From assembly GCF_023055435.1 (NCBI RefSeq), contig NW_025963779.1, positions 6,634,001 to 6,698,000 of the forward strand: a stretch of 64,000 bases of DNA, in the 5' to 3' direction. The notes beneath the pieces were generated by a model. The model worked only from the letters and a program-made list of their open reading frames with translations, did no database searches and had not been told where the DNA came from. A program made the position numbers and the translations under genes. Each line of letters begins with the position of its first letter. Position 1 is the stretch's first letter. This stretch comes from Haliotis rufescens (lineage: Eukaryota). Shown here piece after piece: positions 46,401 to 61,319 of this stretch.

Positions 46401-46856
46401 TCATGTTACGCAGCACTGTTTATTTTCAATTCCATTAGTTGAAGATTGGTAACACAGTTTAACAGTTTAAGGTTCAGAGAAAACGATGGGATTTCAAATT
46501 CGAGCATTATCACTGAAATCAAATCATCATTATTGTGGTGCAAAAAAGATCGTCAAGAAGACGTGATATATGAAGAAATATTTTGTTTTTCTTTGTCTTA
46601 GTAACAGAACACATTGCAAGTTCTGTACAATATCAAATCACAAGATGGCCACTGACTTAAGTTATACGATCTGTGGCTGAAAAACAGAAACACAAGTTTT
46701 CATCCATACGATAGTGGATGTAATAGGCGAGCTCTGAATATCACTTTATTTCTAAAAAAAAAAAAAAAAACTACCTTTAAAGAAACGAAATTGTTGTAGC
46801 ATACGACCAGTTCTATCGCCTATCACATCTGTACATAAAAAACAACGACATATAGG

Positions 46857-47127
46857 TGAGTGAGTGAGTGAGTTGAGTTTAACGCCGCTTTGAACGGCAT
46901 TCGAATTATATCACGGCGTGTCAGTTTGATGTGGGAGGAAAGCACAAAGTAATGCAGGTCTCAGACGTTTTCCACTTTGGGAAAGTCCACGAGCACGGGT
47001 AAGATGCTGGCAAACCTAGAAACATAATCGGGGCGAACCCACAATCAAAGGTTTCTGGCATATCCAAAGTACGCAACTCTGCACAGCGTATTACGGCGCC
47101 TTAGACGACTGCGACACCCGTGCCCCC
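46857..47127 (-). mobile_element. tRNA-derived SINE (family A), independent insertion
   Basis: (TGAG)n tail, with body homologous to 15940-16218; more diverged relatives at ~49115-49290 and ~52242-52425. Confidence 0.8.
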
Positions 47128-48704
47128 ACAAAATATGCGGTTACATGTAAACTTCGGGTTTGATATGCCAATAAATTGCTCTCATGAGGACTGCTAAATT
47201 ATGTTTAGGGAAGGGCTGTGAGATTGTCTTAAGACTGTATATTTTTCTGAATCCCGTTTATCATTTTTCGTATTTCATATTTCAATACCCCAATATAGAT
47301 CTGATAAACTTTCGCTGTCAAATTTTATGACACCCGGCTTAATCTCCCTACCAGAGTGAAGTCAAATTGAAAAAGAGTGTTGTGAAATATATCCCAGTTG
47401 CTTTCATCTTCACCAACTATTAAAATTATTTAAACACCCCATGCAAAGTAACCTTCCTGGTCAAAGCGTATGCTGGGTTCAACGCCATAGGTGTGGCGGG
47501 ACTTGTGGGCTGCACTAAGCTATTATTAGAATGAGTTATATTTGGCAACTTGAGTTACCAGCAAGCAGCAAGCAGTAGCAGCAGCAGAACAGCAATGGGT
47601 AACTGTGTTGCCAGCAGCAAAATACCGCTAAAAAGTAGACATGAATTTAGTTTAGCCAAAAGGTTCCCATCTGCTGAAAAGCAGTGGGACGAAACAGATT
47701 CCCGCTGATAATTTTGATGATTACTTGGTGATTAAGTTAGTATTACAATTGTAGCCCATAAGAACCAAGCCCACCTAAAACAATTTTTGAATACAGAAGA
47801 AATGTACATGCTTTTGCCCTGTGTCATAGATGTACACAAGATTGATTAGAAAAAATATGAATGTGGCAAACTAGAGGAGGGTGGGAGGGAGCCAAAGAGT
47901 GGAGAATTGCTGTTCCAAAAAAGGGTACAGAATGTTTTGGACAGAACGTAAAGGACGATGGTGATGAAAGTTTGATGACGTCATAGGAAACAGAATTATG
48001 ACGTATGTGGCGGGAGATTGGAAGAGGAAATGATGTAACGGAGGTACACAAAGAGATGCATTGTGGTTACTGGAAACCCATTTAGTGAGACGAACTAAAT
48101 GAAATTAGTAACATAGAACACGTTTATTACTCAGTGTGTTCTATATCGCCACATGTCCCATGTATTAACATCACTGCATGAAATGCCACTTTACGAACGT
48201 AGGACAAAAAGGACTTGCCAGCGTGTTACTTAATGTATATGTTACAAACATGAAAATAACTTATTATTCAACATGTACTATCCTGTGCAAATTTTCCATT
48301 GCCCACGGACCGCCTACGATAAAATCAGCATATGACCTATTGTAGGTATGTATTTATGGGTGGGTGGGAGGCATGGATCCACCGTCTGATGCATATAGCT
48401 TGAGGCAGTCTCTTGTTAGGGATGTATTATACAGGTATCCATCTCATTATAAGAAGAGGCCGATTAACACGAGTGTCGTACTAATGAACCAGCCCCATGA
48501 ATACGTGACGTGAATAGATGTTTGAACACTAAACTTAGAATTCAGATGAATGTATTACTAGTGATTTATTTGTAAGTGGTCTTTAATTTGAAATCGGAAA
48601 CTGTATAAACTGTATACATAGATCGTGTAGTGTTGATCTTTTTAGCTACAGCTACATGTATATCTCATGTTAGATGGTGTAGTGCGTCATTGTCATTGCG
48701 CACC

Positions 48705-49040
48705 CGACCGCCTCCGTGATGTAGTGGATAGAGCGGTAGTCTGGAGAGCGGAAGGTAGATGGTTCGGTCATACTAAAAGACGCTAGAAGATGATACTTGT
48801 TATTACCCTGCCGGGCACTCGGCATTGATGGGATAAAACATTGCCTGGTGGGTTCGGGGTCAGTATACTGTGTTTTAGCAGGGTATCCATGTTAGATTGA
48901 GGCATGGTATCACAGTGGGCTAGCACTATTAAAAGGGTCATTAGTCCGGGATAATCCAAACAGCTTCACACACACGTGCATGTACAACGCTAATTACGTG
49001 CAATAATCTGAAACGCGACGTTAAACCCCGTTTCACCTCA
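48705..49040 (+). mobile_element. tRNA-derived SINE with V-domain-like body (family C)
   Basis: Head CCGCCTCCGTGATGTAGTGGATAGAGCG; GGTCATACTAAAAGAC...; tail CGACGTTAAACC like the LINE 3' end. Confidence 0.7.
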
Positions 49041-52000
49041 TCTATTGCCCACGAATCATCGTTTTCATAATTCAGCATTGTGTAACAGGTCTGAATTCTT
49101 GGAGTAGTGAGCAAATGAGTGTTTGGTTTATCGCTTTGAACAATGTTTCTGTTACGTCACAGCATGTCAGTTGGATGCGGAGGGAAGTCCAGCAGGTGTA
49201 CACGTATACAACTTTGATGCAACTCACGAGTATTGTGCTGACAAACCTATAAACATAATCAAGGTAAATCCAGGATTCGAAACCACGAACGTTTGTCCGG
49301 TCCGACAACTGTGAGTGGTTTGTATATTGAGCTGTTGGCCATGATAGGCTGCACAATTACCTGTCTGGATGAAAAAGGCAACCCCAGTAAGTTTCATTGT
49401 GAACTCTTCATGTGTATTCCAAGATGAATCTTAACTGAAAAATTCACAATTTTATAATCTGTAGACATGATAAACATATGTTGAACATCCGCAACCCTTC
49501 AATTTCGACCACGAAAACAGATATTATATTTGTTGTGGCCTGACCAATTTATTTTAATTTCTTATTGTTATTATATTATTCACACTTGTCAGACTACATG
49601 AGTAGTGAACAAATCGTTAACTTGTGTTTCTAACCAATGGAACCTTTTTCATCCACGTGAAATAGATACCATTTCGACTCTGTGGCGTTACGATGTTACC
49701 AACCGTTAACAAACCATTCATACAAATAGTTACAAATTTGCTTCATTTGCATCCGAGATAGTCACTTGAATACTGTCCTTAGTTGTGCTCCCAGAGAACC
49801 ATCTCTCTTAAATTGGGGGTCATCACACAACTCTCAACAGGATGAAAATGTCAATTTACATTCGTCTTAAAGTGACACATTTCTTTTCCTATCAGTTTTA
49901 ATCAGGCTATTCCAACCTATATCACGTGCAGCTTTTTAAGATTACTGTAACCTGTTATTCGATCTGAGGATGTAATGGCACTGAATTGCTCAATCTAAGA
50001 AATTTAGAAAACAGGAAACCCGCTCCATGTTTTTTTTCAAATATTGATTCTAGAGTTTCGACCTTGGATGGTTCCTTCCCCAAGTGTTCGCATTTTCTCA
50101 GTGTCTTGTCAGACCGTTGTCCTTTAAATCATTGGACATTTGTTTTAATTATTTTCCATCAATTAACAATTTAACCACAAGGTGTGAAATTGTTTTTAAA
50201 ATGTGCTTGCGGCTTCATGGCTGTGGGTCAAAATGTAGGTGTTAGCGATTGTGTGACGTTTATTTATGACAGAAGCTCATATCACAAGTGAGTAAGGTTA
50301 TACGCCTCTCTTGGCAATATTCCAGCCATATCACTCAAGAAACGGACTTCTCACATTGTACCCAGGCGACATTCCAACCCGGACTTTCAGGTGAAGAGCA
50401 CATGCTTCAACACCAAGCAACCCCATGCTATCTACATAAAAATGCCACAACATGGGTGACTCAGCGCTCAACAGAATGTTGCCCCTCACCCCGTGATAGG
50501 ATCCGCTGATCTGTTGACACAGACATGAAAAACATTGATGCTACAATAACATATACACTGTAAAATACTACAGGAAATCGGTCTAACTTATTGTCGTTCC
50601 CGACAATGTTATAGGCCAATGTTATGATTCAGATAGAGCACCTATCCCGACGACCTCTTTCTTAAAAAGCGTATTTGAAAGCAGAGTCTTTATTTGTGGT
50701 TAGCAGAAAACCTAAAGGTTTCTAAGTGTCTTTAGATCGATAAAATCGATTCAACAACTCAAAATTAACTGTTTCAACTGGATCCAGTACGGCAAAATGA
50801 TTGCTCATCGTCTTTGAGCTCATTTATCGAAACGATCTTTTTTAGGTCAAAACACGATTGGAAAAATTTAAAGAAGCAGATTCGGTACTAAGTTCCAATC
50901 TACCGACGACAGCAGAAATTTAACTCCAATTATGGCTATGATATAATACAGCGATCTGATTAACAAACATACAAAGATTGACATGCCGCTGGCAGGGGAG
51001 AGTAATTAGTCCATGATCTACGTCAGTGCTGATAACCTGGATGCTCCGTACACTATGGAATATGAACTAACCATGCCGTCTTTTGTAGAGACGGACCCTT
51101 AAAGCATTATAAAACGTCGTCAATCTCATTCTCCTTCACGCGTAGTTAAATGGTGTCAGGTCCACATCACAGAGACCCATACAGGCGTAGTGTATGTGTC
51201 CAATAACATCACATTAAGTACCCTCTATGGCTTAATTGGATTGATGTGGATCAGGTCTGCAGAACAGAACTCTTCATTTAACACAATGTTCACCAGCGTA
51301 TTGCCTTAACAGCAACGCTTCGATAACGATGTCATCAACAGAACTGAAGGGGATTATACTATGACCTATGATACATGAATTTGTTTCAAATCTTTTTTTT
51401 CTTATCGTTGCATTAATTGAATCGGTTATAAATCAGCTGACAAGATTGATTGTACTTTATTAACTCATTTACCTTCATTGTTACAATCGATCCTTACAAT
51501 TTAATTAGATAACAACCAGCTTTCAGGCTTTATAAAATCGATAGGATTAACAACTACAATCGCAGTGCCAGAAGCAGCGGTACAGTCTGAAGCGTTGGGA
51601 TCGCAACAGTGCGGATCGCACTGGTGTCACCGACGTTGACGTCCGAATCCTTCAACTGTGGGGTTCTGTCAGGATGAAGAGGTTGCGACGGGGTTTAAGT
51701 CTTAGGGGCTCAACGTCTCAAGTCCAGAACGGGTATTATGCTATGAAAAAAACCATTGTGCTGATACAGCACACTCAAAATTATACCATATGTTTGAAGC
51801 CCAATACACATGTAACAACTGAGCTCAAATTATATTACTACATTCACTGGAAGCGAAAGTCGTCAAGTTATTGAAACGAATTCATCATATGGCGAAGCAG
51901 GTTGTTTTGGTGATATTTTCTTCTTTCAGACTTTTGTGCTTGTTGAAGTTGATGTTCCAGAAAAAATGTTTGATACTTGATTTACATATCGAGAGTCAAA

Positions 52001-52459
52001 TGTCCTTCATCAACATAAAAAGACACAGTGTTTCATCCATCTCAAACATTGGATTTGAAGACAGCAAGATGCATAGACTTTTAAATAAACATTTTTGAAA
52101 CTATCAAATTCGCGAACAGGGGTAATATAATTATATAATTGAATTAGTTCAATACACATTGTATCAAATATGCACGTCAGATTGAACGAGTTTCTCTACT
52201 GTTATTTGGTATTTGTACCGTGTCTTTGATACGATTAATGTGAGTGAGTCAGCTGACATTAACGCCGCTTTAAACAGTATGGCACTATATAACCAGGCGT
52301 AAGCTTGATGGAGGAGGAATGCCCGAGATGATGCACGCCTTAGACGTTTACCGCTTACGAGAAACCCTTGACCACGGATTCGATGCTGAAAAACATAGAA
52401 ACATAATCAAGGCAAACCCAGATTCCATGAAAAGCGAGAAAACCCTTACTGTCCATTGT

Positions 52460-52712
52460 CCAGCTGTATGACGACAGCCTGTAAATAATCGAGTCCGGAC
52501 CAGACAATCAGTGGTAGATATTCAAAGCAACGATCCACGACGTCACGTCTCACCCCCGTATCAATTACGTCGCCTCTTACGACCAGCATATGTTCATGTT
52601 GCTAAGGGACCAATTCTAACCCGGAATCCTAATGAGTTCCAAATTTAGTCGCCTCTGTCGACCAGCATATGTTGCTAGGGACCAATTCTAACCCGGAATC
52701 CTCATGGGTTCC
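52460..52712 (-). mobile_element. SINE-like element with tandemly duplicated head carrying the GTCGTAAGAGGCGAC module
   Basis: Minus strand has CCGGGTTAGAATTGGTCCC..AGCAAC..TGCTGGTCG(T)AAGAGGCGAC twice, followed by a body related to 277-445. Confidence 0.7.
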
Positions 52713-53089
52713 TAATGCATAGGTGGCAGCAGCTATTAGTAGAAGACCATATAAGTGCACTCACGAACATGCAGCGTATTGTCTCCGGTACAGAATTCAG
52801 AACAGTGTTGGAAGCTGGCAGGAATTCGGGGTATACAAATAGGTATCCAATCCGCACTTGACAAGTGGATAAGACACCAGTATGGTCTAAAAGGTAACAA
52901 ATCGCCCTCCTTTTGCTCTTATATAGATATAACAGAAACTGTTAAAGTTCTCGAATGATCCAGCCTGTCATGGTCATGTATACAAAGTTCTACCCGCTCG
53001 CACCGAAAGCACTCGATATTTTACAAGCACCACAACTATTTGCTGTCACGGTAAATTACTACAAATACACTTACACCAGTCTCTTCTGC

Positions 53090-54060
53090 CACAAAACAAT
53101 GTCTAACATAAAACATTTTGAAAGCTCATCTTGTGTCTTGAATGCTGTAACATCGATCAACAAGAGTCGAGTGACGTTCTTCGAAATCTTCGTTGAAGAG
53201 CATGCACGAATGTACCGCAAAAGTGCAGACACCAAAGGCTGGAGCTGCTGGAATATTACTTGACATAAAGGGAATGCTGATGTCATCCCTCTTGTTTTTT
53301 GTCACTCTGAATCGTTATGCAAAGATCCAAATATGAAACAAATAAGGCGGTCGCTCTGTTCTCTTTTATTTCTAGTTCTGGTGGGAAAATCCATGGAATG
53401 GAATTGGCTGTTTAAACTTAATTCAACGACATCAGGTCATCCAAGTACCTGAAGCTTAAGTTAAACTCATTTCCCTTGTCTTCATTTTGCCAGTCCAAGC
53501 AGGACTTCCGGTTCATATGCATAAAGAAACATATCAGCAAGGATGGGAACGCAACTGGTGATGATGTGGATGCATATGTCTTTCCTAAATGACCTATATC
53601 CATATTTCACACACATGTTATCGATGAAAAGCCCAGTATTTTACATATGGCTTTCTCAATAAACATCAGATGGCATTTATTTTGACAAATTGTACTGAAC
53701 CTTTGAAAGTAGAGATGTGACTATGACTTTTGTGACCACGTCTAGTGACAAAGTTTCTCAATCGGTTTATCATGTAAGGTTTTCGTTTTCAAAGAGGAAA
53801 ATCACGTTTTGACAAGATTGCAAAAGATATTCCAGTAATGCCTTTGTGTTTTTGAGAATCCAAATGGAATTAATTTCACTGAAATACTTCCCGTGACTAG
53901 AAAGAAAATCCTTTCTTGATTAAGGATCAGTGTTAATCTTTGACAGAGGGGTTTGGTGGCATTAGTGCTGAACACTACAGCATATCTTTCTGTGTGGATT
54001 GTGTGAAGCTTTGGGATCCGGTACGAAAGAGGAATGAATATGTCTTCAGGTTTTCAAGAG
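53090..54060 (-). pseudogene. Penelope-like RT remnant
   Basis: YRIPKLH, INSIWILKN, FNLSFRYLDDLMSLN and RYIRACSS on the minus strand, with multiple frameshifts. Confidence 0.75.
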
Positions 54061-55149
54061 TCATTTCAAGATTGATATTTCCGATGGTGGTCTTGGTAGA
54101 TTTCTTCCTCGATTAACAGACTCAACCCACGATCTCACTTTTCTGGCAGGCCTTAGGGACGCAACTTTGCACAGTGATTTGGGCACCTTATTTTTTATCT
54201 CTTTATACAGATGAATTAATATAAATATCATTACAAACAGCTAAAAAGGTCGTAATATTTACAATAGCAAGCCGTCCCAATTTGACTGAAATATTCAGTT
54301 AAACAGAATTTAAAACAGCCAGTTGTTGCAACTAAATGCTATTCAAAGCGTTAAACTAACAATATGGATCTATATGTGTCCGATATGTTGACTGTTTGAT
54401 GTGATAACTCGCCCCTATTTAGTTATCACTTACCGTGTCACACAACCCACAGCAATAACTATTAGATATTACAGGATTCCTTCCACTGAAGTAAACAGTT
54501 AGATACTACCTTTCCCCAAATCCTCATTCACACTAAAGGCAAGTCGACGTGACACTTCTACCGAGGCAAGACACTAAGCCCGACTGCATCAGCACTGATT
54601 ACAACGATAGAGGCGTCATTAGACAGTCCAAACAAGATCTAAACTTTGACATGGAGCCCGGAGATTACGTGACCTTTTCCACCCAAATCTGTCAATTAAC
54701 AGATTTCGCATCACAACTCTTGCAAACGGTTTAAGTACATTCTTTGTTTCAAAATGTCCCTTCTGACTTGGAATGATTTGTTGCACATATTTGTTGTAAT
54801 GTTAGTTATTTAAAATGACGCTTATCTATATCCTTAACTCTTCATCTTATGGCTAATTGTAGACTCGGTGTCTGCACCAGAAAGGAATCACTTAAAACTG
54901 ATCATAAAGCGAATAATCATTGTCATTTTCTATTAACGGGCTGGGAACAGTTTGGGGAGTAGAACTATGTATCTGCCGCATTGATGTGACAAGGCCAGTG
55001 GTCACAATAGGAGTTTCGTGTAGACAGTTATATATTGCATTATTGCCTGTGGTCCATAAATACATCCCCATAAATACAGTAGAAATGTCATTATATAAAT
55101 TATGTAAAAGTTGAGAGGTAAAATGTCGGAGCTACAACATGGAAAAAAC

Positions 55150-55228
55150 GATTATACCAGTGATGCATACTAATATACCACTGATGTATAACATTATACC
55201 ACTCATGCATGAAATTATACCAGTGACG
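55150..55228. repeat. 21-bp minisatellite, ~3.7 copies
   Basis: ATTATACCAGTGATGCATACT / AATATACCACTGATGTATAAC / ATTATACCACTCATGCATGAA / ATTATACCAGTGA. Confidence 0.75.
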
Positions 55229-55232
55229 GTGT

Positions 55233-55395
55233 CATGGTGGTACGGTAGTCGTGAGGGCGTGCCCCTGGCTGTGAGATACATTGCAGAAACACGGCTGTGG
55301 TCTCATCAGCAGGTGTATATCATAAGTATTGCATCAGTGATTGGAAACATTGGATTGATGTTATAATAGCTTTAGGCAGAGTTGCAGATGGTATA
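55233..55395 (-). pseudogene. Second inverted apextrin promoter/5'UTR/ATG relic
   Basis: Minus strand ATACCATCTGCAACTCTGCC...ATATACACCTGCTGATGA...GTGTTTCTGCAATGTA|TCTCACAG...CACGCCCTCACGACTACCGTACCACCATG, compared with CACGCCGTTACGACTACCTAACTACCATG in the intact genes. Confidence 0.8.
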
Positions 55396-57029
55396 ATAAT
55401 CAAAGTTTGTTATTCAGATTTTTACTTGAAGGTTTCAGATCGCTGCCCTTCGCTTCGTGATGACACACGTATCAAAATGTGTGTCATTCTTTTCGAAACG
55501 GACGCTTTTAGCATATATTGACAAAGGAAATGTATTTGACTGATTTATCTGTCACTTGCAGTGACGTTACCAACATGTGTGCATATACGTGAGACAAACC
55601 TCGCTCTATTTCATGAGTTGTGATATTTTAAAACGTGTGTAGTTGACAAGCATTACCGTGGACTGGCAGTTAAATCACAAAGATCAACGCCAGAGAATAA
55701 CCAGTCTCGATGTTTTTTTTATATGGGAAATTCCACTCTGCGTAAAGGTCGAAGTAGTGATGAAAAGTATATAAATGAATCACTGAAAAGCTGTGTTCGC
55801 CAAATTGGAAAGCATGGCCTGCTGTACCCTTAGCACCTGCCATTCACACAATTGTCGTTTAAATGTAAGAGCCAATGAGCAAAGAGGTGTGAAACCTCTA
55901 TGTGAAGGTCATAGCATGTGATAGTATCTCGCACCATGTTGACAAGCAGCCATTTCATGATGGAACATCGATTGTAAAGCTAAGTTTTAATTTAGAAATG
56001 TAGACGCCATAAGCTACAGCGGATGTTATATTGTTCAACATCAAGGGGAAGTTCACGATTGGAAAAACGAAAAAGATCCCTCTTGTCATACAGCTCAAAA
56101 CATCATTTTGAAATTCTAGATCCAGATAAGACTCTCAATATTGTTTCTCAGTGGCTTCTTTCATTTTCAACTCTGGTAGACAGATGAGGTTAAGTCTTTA
56201 TTGTCATTCTTAAAGGTAATGGGGTCATCTATATATCCGAGACTGAGCATGAGTTTTGGCAACGTCTCATTTCTTTGAATTATAAAAGTAGTCAAAATTC
56301 GGTTTCGTAACTATGCGAAGGGAAATAGATCAGCTAGGAGAGGGGCATAGTTAGTACCCTAGGGGAAACCCAATACTTTGTTCTATTGCCATATTTGACA
56401 AACATATTATTAATCCGGAGATAAAATCCCACATCTCACATATTGGGGTATTTCAATATTAGTAGTAGACATTACAATATCCATTAAACTTGTGATCAAA
56501 GAAAACGCCAATGCCCCTTCAGAAATATTAAAAATAGTATGGTATTTATCAAATTTCATAAAATCATTTTATGCATAAACGGTTTTGCTGTCCTTTTGGA
56601 TACATTTAGCTTCACGCTGAATAATGCTCTCATTCATCATAACTGATTTGCTTATCGATTTCGATTTCATATTGCATGTATGTGTCCCAGGCTACAAAAA
56701 TGTGAAGTTCATTTTAGTGAAATTCTAAGTCATCCATCGCAGGGAGAGATTTTAATTGATATATAGTCATGTGCTCTATTTCATCTATGCGAAACGGTTT
56801 GCCTGCAGTAAGCTCACTGTATAATTGTACCTGTAACGTGTTCACCAAACATATACAGTACTGAATATGCCTGTTCTAAACACGTGGTGCCAAGGTTGAT
56901 TGTCACGTTCTGAGCCTCACATAGAAGGAATTGCGTAATAGTGAAATCTATTGCTTTGGACAATACACGATGTCATACAGATATATATCTACACTCAAAA
57001 ATAAATCACTTGAAGTCACAAACTTGAAT

Positions 57030-57410
57030 ATTTGCAGTTGAGGGCTTGACTCCAAAAGCCATTCATGAAGATATGAGTACAACACTAGGATAGGATGTCT
57101 CTTCCTTTGCCACTGTTAAGAGGTAGATAGCTGAATTTAAGCATGGCAAGGGGTGCCTTGGAGATGACAATCGGTTTGGAAGGACTGTGACGTCACAAAC
57201 ACCAGAAATTATCCGGAGAATCCACGAGATGGTGATGATCGACCGGCGAATGACTTTGCATCATATTGCTAGTTTAAAGTTACAAAGCTTCTCACTTCTC
57301 ATCAAAAACGCACTGGGACAACATGTTTCATGATGATCCAACTTTGTTTGAAGCTGACCCAGAAAGGTTTTTGCGACGATGTGTGACTATGGATAAAACC
57401 TGGGTGTTAA
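57030..57410 (+). mobile_element. mariner transposase remnant (paralogue of 41430-41745, with more N-terminus retained)
   Basis: GLTPKAIHEDMSTTLG*DVSSFATVKR*IAEFKHGKGCLGDDNRFGR (mariner HTH region). Confidence 0.8.
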
Positions 57411-60400
57411 AGATGTACAGAATGTGAATGTTCGCTTGGCAAAATTACGCCATTCCTCAGCGACTACTTGACTGCTTCCTGAGCAGATAGGACCATTATA
57501 GATCGTTACATATAACAAATGAAAGTACTGGTGTTTGACAACATACGATCTGGGCCGGGTAGTGACAGATTTACATACTTGCAACAAGAAACCTTATCAT
57601 TGTGTATTTTCTGGGGTATTTAAAGAAACGCATTGCTGGAGTTTTGTATCTAACAACATGATCGCGTGCTTGAGATCCCAAAGGAGCTGTTCTGGGAAAT
57701 ATAGCATGGCTGTTTAATCTTTAGCGACGCAACAGTGGCGTTCAGAATCCATGCTCGCATGCATGTTCTGAGAAGCTCATTCAATACTGAATACCGCCTA
57801 TGGTGATATAGTGCACGAGTCCTCGTTTGTGGAGTCGTATAATGGTGCGTAAACTACATCAATGTATTATTAAAGAAGAGTTCATTACTGGTATCCTACC
57901 CAAATGATATTTTACGCAACCATATTATTTAGTTCATGCTCAGTAATTTTGTTAGAGGCCGACTTCACACAGAACGCAAGCCGGCACCGACTTTTCAATG
58001 ATTGTAACACTGGCGCCAAAAGCAATTTCATTTCAATCAATGTTCATGTTGTATTTTATTATACAAAATATCAAGTGGACTCAAGCAGTATACGGGAACG
58101 AGCGGCTAGACGTTAATAATCAAACAAGAGGTTCCTGCAATGTACCTTTTTTCATGATATTAAGGGGGCGGGGGGGGGGGGGGGGGGGGGGGGCAGGGGG
58201 AGGTGTTGTAGGCGTTTTTATGAAGATGTTTCCAGGGCTTATTTTATAGATAATTGTTTCTTATGACGACCATTTGACAATTCAAAGGGACTCTCTGTTT
58301 GGAGAAGTATTGGAATTAAAGTATTACTGCATGTGCTGTTTTTCAAATGTTATATCACTGTATTAACTTATACTCAAAAATTCTAAAACGTTGAAAAAAA
58401 GTTTATTTATGATTCAAATCGAATGTGATCTGAGATGGAACCGAAAGGATCTACTCATGAGACCGAGCAATTCAATCCTGGCAGTAACTGTTGCCGGCAA
58501 TGACACAGTCTTCTGGCCAATATCACCTACGACTAGTGTGTATTTCATCCACTTTAGGGTCCCGTTCCACAAAACGATCTTAGTGTTTCGACGATGGTAA
58601 TACTCATACGTTAACATTACGACACTTGCGACAATTGTAGCACTGAAATCGCTTTGAGGAACGGGGCCCTTGATTATATATCCCGCTGCTGAGTGCGGCG
58701 TTAAACACAACAAACAAACAAATAATCACATCAATAGGGACACATGTCTGTGTAGGCTATTTGAGAGACATTGACGTCAAAGTATGATAATAAACATGAC
58801 ATCGAAACAATGAACGAGTTCGTAAGTGTGCTTACAAATAAGAACTAAACAGAACTTCATTTAATCAAAGACGAGAACCTATAAGATTCAAATACGAACA
58901 TTTTTACATAAACTTACATGGACACAACTGGCAGACAATGTGTATCCTAAAGATATTACAGTTTGAATACATATTGCACATGATTGACATACTTTTTTAT
59001 AATTGTATAGTTTTATTTTCTAACGTTGAAATATATGTTAAATATTATGATATTTACGGTAGATTAGTATATTGTCTAGGGATAAAGGGATTGCGTGTTT
59101 GAAAGAGTAGCTTTGAAAATGATAGGGAATTTGTAATGGAAATAATCAACATCGTTTAGGTTACACCAATTCTTTCGTTTACACCATATCGTTTTCAAGA
59201 CTAAATTCAGTTCTAAAGATGAAGTAAATTTTAACCGTTAGGGAACGTTGAAAAAGCTTAACAAATTGAAAGAATTGATCAAAAGCAAATTTAATTTTGT
59301 ACGAAGTTCACTTTAATGTGATATTATGAAAATCTTTTATCAATGTGAAATACGTATCATTCAGGCTTGTATTCGTCTATGCCGAATTTGAAGGTTAAAG
59401 TCATTTAACATTGTAATAATTTAACATTTCAACTGATTGGAATCCGATGGGTTTTTCTGCCCTCTCTTAAATACCAACACATGTACTTTAAATGGAGGCA
59501 TAGACTGTATCTTTTATCTATTTAGCTGACCACCTTACTTTACTTCGATCGATGGGCAGATATATCTGCCACAGTAGTAAAGCTTTGAGTTTCCTGAATG
59601 AAGCTTGTTCATAGAGCGACGCCATGTATATGCCTTTATGTCATCAAGGGAGTTCCAGATCATTTCTATTTAAATATTTGAGAACCTTCCCGCAGTTCGT
59701 CAGCATTTGCTTCGACTTTCTGTCGTTAATTTCTTTGAGAATGAGAATATTTCAAAAGACAAGTAACAAAAAAAAAAGATCAGTGACTCAATCAAGTACG
59801 GTTTGTCTTGTTTTAGATACCAAGTAACAGGTGAACAGCTTTAAGTGATTTCGGGTGACGCCCGATGGTTGCTATGGCAACCATCACCGGTCCTGTCCAT
59901 CTTGTCTCAGACAAATAGAGTTCTTTCATCAAAGTCTATTCACACGGGTTTCAAGCCATCACTTTCAGAAAAAGCTGGAATGGAAATGAATAGTTTATTT
60001 CTATCTTGTCAATATGTGGTGTAAAACATTTAGCTATATAATTCTGGGTCAGCAGGGCGCATGCTGACGTCTTTTATTGGAAGGTACCTAAGGTAGTATT
60101 AGTGTACTTCGTCTTTAATCCATATCTCACTTCAGAAGATACTTTTCAATTCCGAGTAAAGAACCCTTATGTTTTAGATTAATCGGGCTCTGATTACCCA
60201 AACGTCATTACATGATATATCCTCCCCCGGAGGGAAGACGAGTTTTACCGGAAAAAAAATAAGGTACACGTGAGGCCCCATATCATAAAACGTTGTTCTT
60301 GCCCGGAGAGAGGGATAAAACATAGTTGGGATAAGGTGATGGAATTAAGGGTTACAGTTGTATTAATGAATGGATGGTTTTATAGATTGACTCTATCTTC

Positions 60401-61319
60401 CCCTTGTCATTTCTGGAGGACATTACAAAACATGACATCTATGTAATTCTAAAATCGATAACCTGCGTACTTCTAACCACAAGATGACAACACGTAGGCA
60501 GAAACTGTTGTAACGAGCCTAAACTTTTATGAAGCCGTACGTCAGGTTCTACTTCAGAAGTACTAATGCACTGAGACAGTCCAATTAGTGAGTTCTTTGC
60601 TTAAGGTTACAAATGTGTGGTAGGTCGATCTTGAATTTGATGATAAAATCACATCAATTACAGTTCAAATTAGCTGTATATTTAAACTGATATATCATTG
60701 AAATACGTAAAGCCCTACTTCTGTAATACTTAAGATAGTCCAGTCATTCCATGGAACATATAGATACACCTTTAATAAATTTCAATAAACAATCTCAAGA
60801 ACATAATGTTTCACTGGCATTACTTAATAATGTATACAAAGTATAGAAAAGCATACAGGACAGAAAACCGGATTGTTTGTCCAACCGCATTTAATTCATA
60901 GGCCTATCACTAGCACAAAGGAACAACAAAAACAATGTAAAACAATTTAGAGAATGACCAATGTATGATTATGTGGCTAACCAATTATCCCGCCTTGGAA
61001 ACAAAATTGAATAGTTTTTCTTCGTATCCTGCAACTACATTACCACTAGTCTGGAACACAATTTGTACAAATCATAGGTGTCTTACTTTGTTTGCACTCC
61101 CCGAGTGCATGAAAACCTCTCTTTGGAACAATATTTCATATTTGTGTCCTTTATATGATATTACGATGAGAAAGAGAGTGCGCCAGTCTACAATATCAGA
61201 AGAAAGATTCATTCTAAATTTATGATGGATTCATAACGTTTCTCACTCAGTCCAATATACAAATATCCAGAATGTGTGTATATTTTCATATACAGCAACA
61301 GAGTCACGGAGATGTATTA

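Larger units (their letters stand above)
39980..46720. repeat. Segmental duplication, copy A (paralogue of 55265-64000)
   Basis: Collinear homology throughout, including shared PLE, mariner and MITE remnants. Confidence 0.92.

Noticed and set aside
51540-51730. CpG-rich patch with several open frames, possible isolated exon
   Set aside because: No recognisable protein motif or convincing splice pair; cannot be supported without RNA data
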